A stretch of 64,000 bases of DNA from Methanobacteriota archaeon (lineage in GTDB: Archaea; Methanobacteriota; Methanobacteria; Methanobacteriales; Methanobacteriaceae). The notes beneath the pieces are model-generated. The model did no database searches and had not been told where the DNA came from. It saw nothing but the letters and a program-made list of their open reading frames with translations. The translations under genes were made by a program, and so were the position numbers. Below are positions 60,204 to 64,000 of the stretch, in pieces (position 1 is the stretch's first letter; the number at the start of each line of letters is the position of its first letter). The DNA is taken from positions 960,001 to 1,024,000 of the forward strand of contig CAWBCJ010000029.1 in assembly GCA_963787255.1 (NCBI GenBank), read 5' to 3'.

Positions 60204-61262
60204 ATGACTTCAGACAGAAAATTGGAGCATTTATTACTATGTGCCAACTGCGATGTTGAATACAGGGAAAAAAGCACTGGATTTGAGGATATAGAACTCA
60301 TTCATAGAGCCCTTCCTGAAGTAAACAAAGAAGAAATCGATATAAGTGCAGAACTTTTTGGAAAGAAAATGGATGTACCACTAATAATATCTGCAATAAC
60401 CGGAGGTCATCCTGCAGCATTTAATATAAATAGAGAACTTGCAAAGGCAGCAGATGAAATGAATATTGGAATGGGTGTTGGAAGCCAGCGTGCTGCAGTA
60501 GAAAACCCGACCTTAGTATCAACTTACTCTGTTGTAAGAGAAAACGCACCTGAGGCAGTAATAATCGGTAATATCGGCGCACCACAAATAGAATTTGCAC
60601 AACAAGCAGCAAGCATGATAGAAGCAGATGCGCTTGCAATTCATCTTAACACACTCCAGGAGGCTATTCAGCCTGAAGGAGACATAGATGCGAGAGGATA
60701 CATTTCATCAATAGAAAATGCAGCAGATATAATTGACATGCCCATAATTGCCAAAGAAACGGGTGCCGGAATTTCAAGAGAGGATGCTGTGGCACTGGAA
60801 AAAGCAGAAGTATCAGCAATTGACGTTGCAGGATCAGGTGGTACAAGCTGGGCTGCAGTTGAAACATACAGAGCTAAAGACAGTTACATGGGAAATTTAT
60901 ACTGGGATTGGGGAATTCCAACAGCAGTAAGTACAATTGAAGTATGCGAAGCTGTCAACATTCCAGTCATATCATCTGGCGGTATAAGAAACGGCCTTGA
61001 AGCTGCAAAAGCATTAGCTTTAGGTGCAGAATCCGTTGGAATGGCATTACCATTACTTAAAGATGCTTATATAGGTCATGAAGCCATAATTAAAAGAATT
61101 GAACAGTTTAAAGATTCTCTTAAAGTAGCCATGTTCCTTGTCGGTGCCTCTAACATAAAAGAGCTTAGAAAAAGTAATCTAATTATACGGGGCAAAACTC
61201 GAGAATGGCTGAAAGATCGAGGAATTGATACAAAGAAATACGCCCAACGAGCACATAGTTAA
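60204..61262 (+). CDS. fni: type 2 isopentenyl-diphosphate delta-isomerase
   Basis: RKLEH, TGG, GVGSQR, QPEGD, GGTSW, WGIPT. Confidence 0.96.
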   Translation: MTSDRKLEHLLLCANCDVEYREKSTGFEDIELIHRALPEVNKEEIDISAELFGKKMDVPLIISAITGGHPAAFNINRELAKAADEMNIGMGVGSQRAAVENPTLVSTYSVVRENAPEAVIIGNIGAPQIEFAQQAASMIEADALAIHLNTLQEAIQPEGDIDARGYISSIENAADIIDMPIIAKETGAGISREDAVALEKAEVSAIDVAGSGGTSWAAVETYRAKDSYMGNLYWDWGIPTAVSTIEVCEAVNIPVISSGGIRNGLEAAKALALGAESVGMALPLLKDAYIGHEAIIKRIEQFKDSLKVAMFLVGASNIKELRKSNLIIRGKTREWLKDRGIDTKKYAQRAHS

Positions 61263-61420
61263 TTAGTAAATTATTGAGCATATTATTATCATATTTCAAT
61301 AAAATGACAGTTAAATTCAAATTGGAATAATTAAAATCATCTACAAATCTCTAAAATACTTTAAATAAAGTTTTTAATAAAAAGAGATTTGTTCACGCAA
61401 AAACGCAGGAGGATTATTTT

Positions 61421-62770
61421 ATGAGCGTTGAAGTAATAGCAATAGGTGGATATGAAGAAGTAGGAAAGAACATGTCCGCAGTTAAAGTCGGGGATGACGT
61501 GATCATCTTTGACATGGGAATTCATCTTGACAGAATTCATATTCATGAAGATACAGACATAGCAAGAATGCATAGTTTGGATTTAATCGAAAGGGGAGTT
61601 ATACCTGACGATACATTAATGAAAGAAGTGGACGGTAAAGTAAGAGCAATAGTATTTACCCACGGTCACTTAGACCACATAGGAGCAGTTGCAAAGCTTG
61701 CCCACAGGTACGAGGCACCAATAATAGCCACACCTTACACACTAGCGCTAATAGAAAAGACAATTAAGGGAGAGAGGAAGTTTAATGTTACAAATCCCCT
61801 TCAGGTTCTTAATACTGGTGAAAAATGCCAGATATCTCCAGATATTACCTTAGAATTTATTAACGCAACTCACAGTATTCCGCATGCTGCAATGGCAGCT
61901 CTGCACACTTCTGAAGGTATAATAATTTATGCAAATGACTTTAAATTCGATAACTACCAGATGATTTCCCAACCGCCGAACTACGGCAGACTAAAAGAAT
62001 TAGGTAGAAAAGGAGTACTAGCCCTTATTGTGGAAACAACAAGAGTTGGAGAGGATGGGGAGGATAAAACCCACTCTGAAAAAGTTGCCAGAATTATGTT
62101 AAAAGACATAATGCTTGACCCTCTTGACGAGAAAAATGGAATGCTGGTCACAACATTTTCATCTCATATCGAGCGTGTTCAGGCCATATGTAACATATCA
62201 GAGCAAAGTGACAGAAAGTTACTGCTTCTTGGAAGATCAATGGAACGATACTGTGGAATGGCTGAAGCAATGGGAATATTAAAGGTTCCAGCAACAGCAA
62301 GTATATATGGAAGTCCAAAGGCAGTTAATAGGGCACTTGCTAGAGCTGAAGAAAACCGATCAGAATATCTTTTAGTTACAACAGGCCATCAAGGAGAGCC
62401 TGACGCCCTTTTACCACGTATTGCCAGTGGAAAAACCCAATTTGGTGTAAGAAGTGGAGATAATGTAGTAATATCTGCACCGATAATACCAAATCCAATG
62501 AATATTGCTAACAGGAACTTACTGGAGAGAAGACTTAAATCAAGTGGTGCCAGAATATTTAGAAATGCACACGTTTCAGGGCATGCAGGGCGTGAAGATC
62601 ATAGAGATTTCTTAAGGATGTTAAATCCAATGCACATTATTCCAGCTCATGGTGATCTGGAAATGCTTGCTGCATATACGGAACTTGCAGAAGAAGAAGG
62701 GTATAAATTAGGAAACAACATTCATATACTAAGAAACGGTCAGGCACAGGTATTTAACGGAGGAATTTAA
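61421..62770 (+). CDS. rnj: archaeal RNase J (beta-CASP ribonuclease)
   Basis: [33 protein letters not shown]. Confidence 0.93.
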   Translation: MSVEVIAIGGYEEVGKNMSAVKVGDDVIIFDMGIHLDRIHIHEDTDIARMHSLDLIERGVIPDDTLMKEVDGKVRAIVFTHGHLDHIGAVAKLAHRYEAPIIATPYTLALIEKTIKGERKFNVTNPLQVLNTGEKCQISPDITLEFINATHSIPHAAMAALHTSEGIIIYANDFKFDNYQMISQPPNYGRLKELGRKGVLALIVETTRVGEDGEDKTHSEKVARIMLKDIMLDPLDEKNGMLVTTFSSHIERVQAICNISEQSDRKLLLLGRSMERYCGMAEAMGILKVPATASIYGSPKAVNRALARAEENRSEYLLVTTGHQGEPDALLPRIASGKTQFGVRSGDNVVISAPIIPNPMNIANRNLLERRLKSSGARIFRNAHVSGHAGREDHRDFLRMLNPMHIIPAHGDLEMLAAYTELAEEEGYKLGNNIHILRNGQAQVFNGGI

Positions 62771-63756
62771 TGGATGTAATGGACACACTGAAAAAATATT
62801 CGGAAAGCATAGACAACGAAATAGATGCGTCATTGAGGACAATTGATCCTTCAACACTTTGTAAAGCATCAGATCATCTTATTAAAGCTGGGGGGAAGAA
62901 ACTCCGCCCTGCACTCGTTATCTTAAGCACTGAATCAGTAGGAGGCAGAAGTCAGGATGCCCTGAAAACTGCCGCGTCCATGGAACTCATACACACTTTC
63001 TCTCTCATACACGATGACATAATGGACAAAGATGAGATGAGGAGGGGAAAACCCTCTGTTCATACCATCTGGGGAGAGCCTATGGCCATTTTAGCCGGAG
63101 ACACACTATTTTCCAAGGCATTTGAGACAGTACTGGAAACTGATACAACAAATATCGATCCAAAAAGAGTTGTAGATGCTTTAAAAACAGTTGTAGATTC
63201 ATGTATTAAAATATGCGAAGGGCAGGCGCTGGATATAGGATTTGAAGGCAAACTGGACGTAAGTGAAGAAGAATACATGAACATGATCTACAAAAAGACT
63301 GCTGCACTTATAGCGGCTGCAACAAAGGCAGGTGCAATACTGGGCGGTGGAACAGAAGAACAAATAGAAGCACTTTCAGAATATGGACGTTTAATTGGGT
63401 TGGCATTTCAGATTCAGGATGATTATCTTGATGTAGTAAGTTATGAAGAAGATATTGGAAAGCCCGTTGGAAGCGACATTGTAGAAGGAAAAATGACCCT
63501 CATGGTTGTCCATGCACTTGCAAACGCATCAAAAGAAGATAAAGAAAGACTCATATCTATATTAGAAGCAAATAATGAAGATCTAATTGATGATGCCATT
63601 GGAATATTCAACAAATATGGATCAATTGAATACACCAGAAACATTGCACTTGGCAATGTTAAAACTGCAAAAGAATTATTAAATGTTTTAGAAGATTCTG
63701 ATGCTAAAGAATCCCTGAAACTAATTGCAGACTTCGTTCTCGAAAGAACACATTAA
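62770..63756 (+). CDS. idsA: geranylgeranyl diphosphate synthase
   Basis: [29 protein letters not shown]. Confidence 0.93.
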   Translation: MDVMDTLKKYSESIDNEIDASLRTIDPSTLCKASDHLIKAGGKKLRPALVILSTESVGGRSQDALKTAASMELIHTFSLIHDDIMDKDEMRRGKPSVHTIWGEPMAILAGDTLFSKAFETVLETDTTNIDPKRVVDALKTVVDSCIKICEGQALDIGFEGKLDVSEEEYMNMIYKKTAALIAAATKAGAILGGGTEEQIEALSEYGRLIGLAFQIQDDYLDVVSYEEDIGKPVGSDIVEGKMTLMVVHALANASKEDKERLISILEANNEDLIDDAIGIFNKYGSIEYTRNIALGNVKTAKELLNVLEDSDAKESLKLIADFVLERTH

Positions 63757-63806
63757 TAAATTTTATTATTTTTTATATATTTCATTTTTTACATCTCGGT
63801 GATATT

Positions 63807-64000
63807 ATGGAGAATTTAAAAGACCTTGTATACAAATACGCACTTCAAAATGCGGTTAAACATAAAGGAAAGGCTCAAAATGGTGCTGTAATAGGCAGTA
63901 TTATGAGCTCTCATCCGGAGTTTCGTAAAGAAGCGCGCGAAGTTTCCAAAGCTGTAGGAGAAGTTTTAGCAAAAATCAACGCAATGAGTAATGAGGAACA
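63807..64000 (+). CDS. gltX: glutamyl-tRNA synthetase, N-terminal part (runs off the window)
   Basis: MENLKDLVYKYALQNAVKHKGKAQNGAVIGSIMSSHPEFR, typical archaeal GluRS N-terminus; usual position after idsA. Confidence 0.85.
   Translation, partial: MENLKDLVYKYALQNAVKHKGKAQNGAVIGSIMSSHPEFRKEAREVSKAVGEVLAKINAMSNEE

Overview
AT-rich archaeal core-genome window, almost certainly a methanogen of the Methanobacteriales (Methanobacterium-like). This is inferred from the two HMf-type histones, GGTGA/GGAGG ribosome-binding sites with frequent TTG/GTG starts, the gene order and the ferredoxin-domain RpoD. Contents in order: thrC; a histone; the L7Ae-S28e-L24e-ndk-aIF5B-S6e-aIF2gamma-PIN-ppa-rpoE-spt4-DPCK-S24e-S27ae-argH cluster; a mixed stretch (second histone, ABCE1, radB, class B radical SAM, Sua5, AIP synthase, NYN/SelA-like/RtcA, birA-pycA); the large S10/spc/alpha-type ribosomal-protein superoperon with tRNA-Ser(GGA) and a two-intron tRNA-Pro(GGG); and the mevalonate/isoprenoid cluster ending in a partial gltX. 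I saw no mobile elements, CRISPR arrays or defence islands. Six genes, including essential secY, are broken by single-base indels that look like assembly errors. The most notable signals are the two-intron tRNA-Pro (obligate splicing order, predicted C33, first base shared with the rpoN stop codon), a perfect 51-bp tandem repeat giving uS3 a very long acidic tail, a k-turn in the L7Ae leader, several structured intergenic spacers and a candidate NYN/SelA-like/RtcA RNA-processing operon. I cannot demonstrate a new biological system from the sequence alone.
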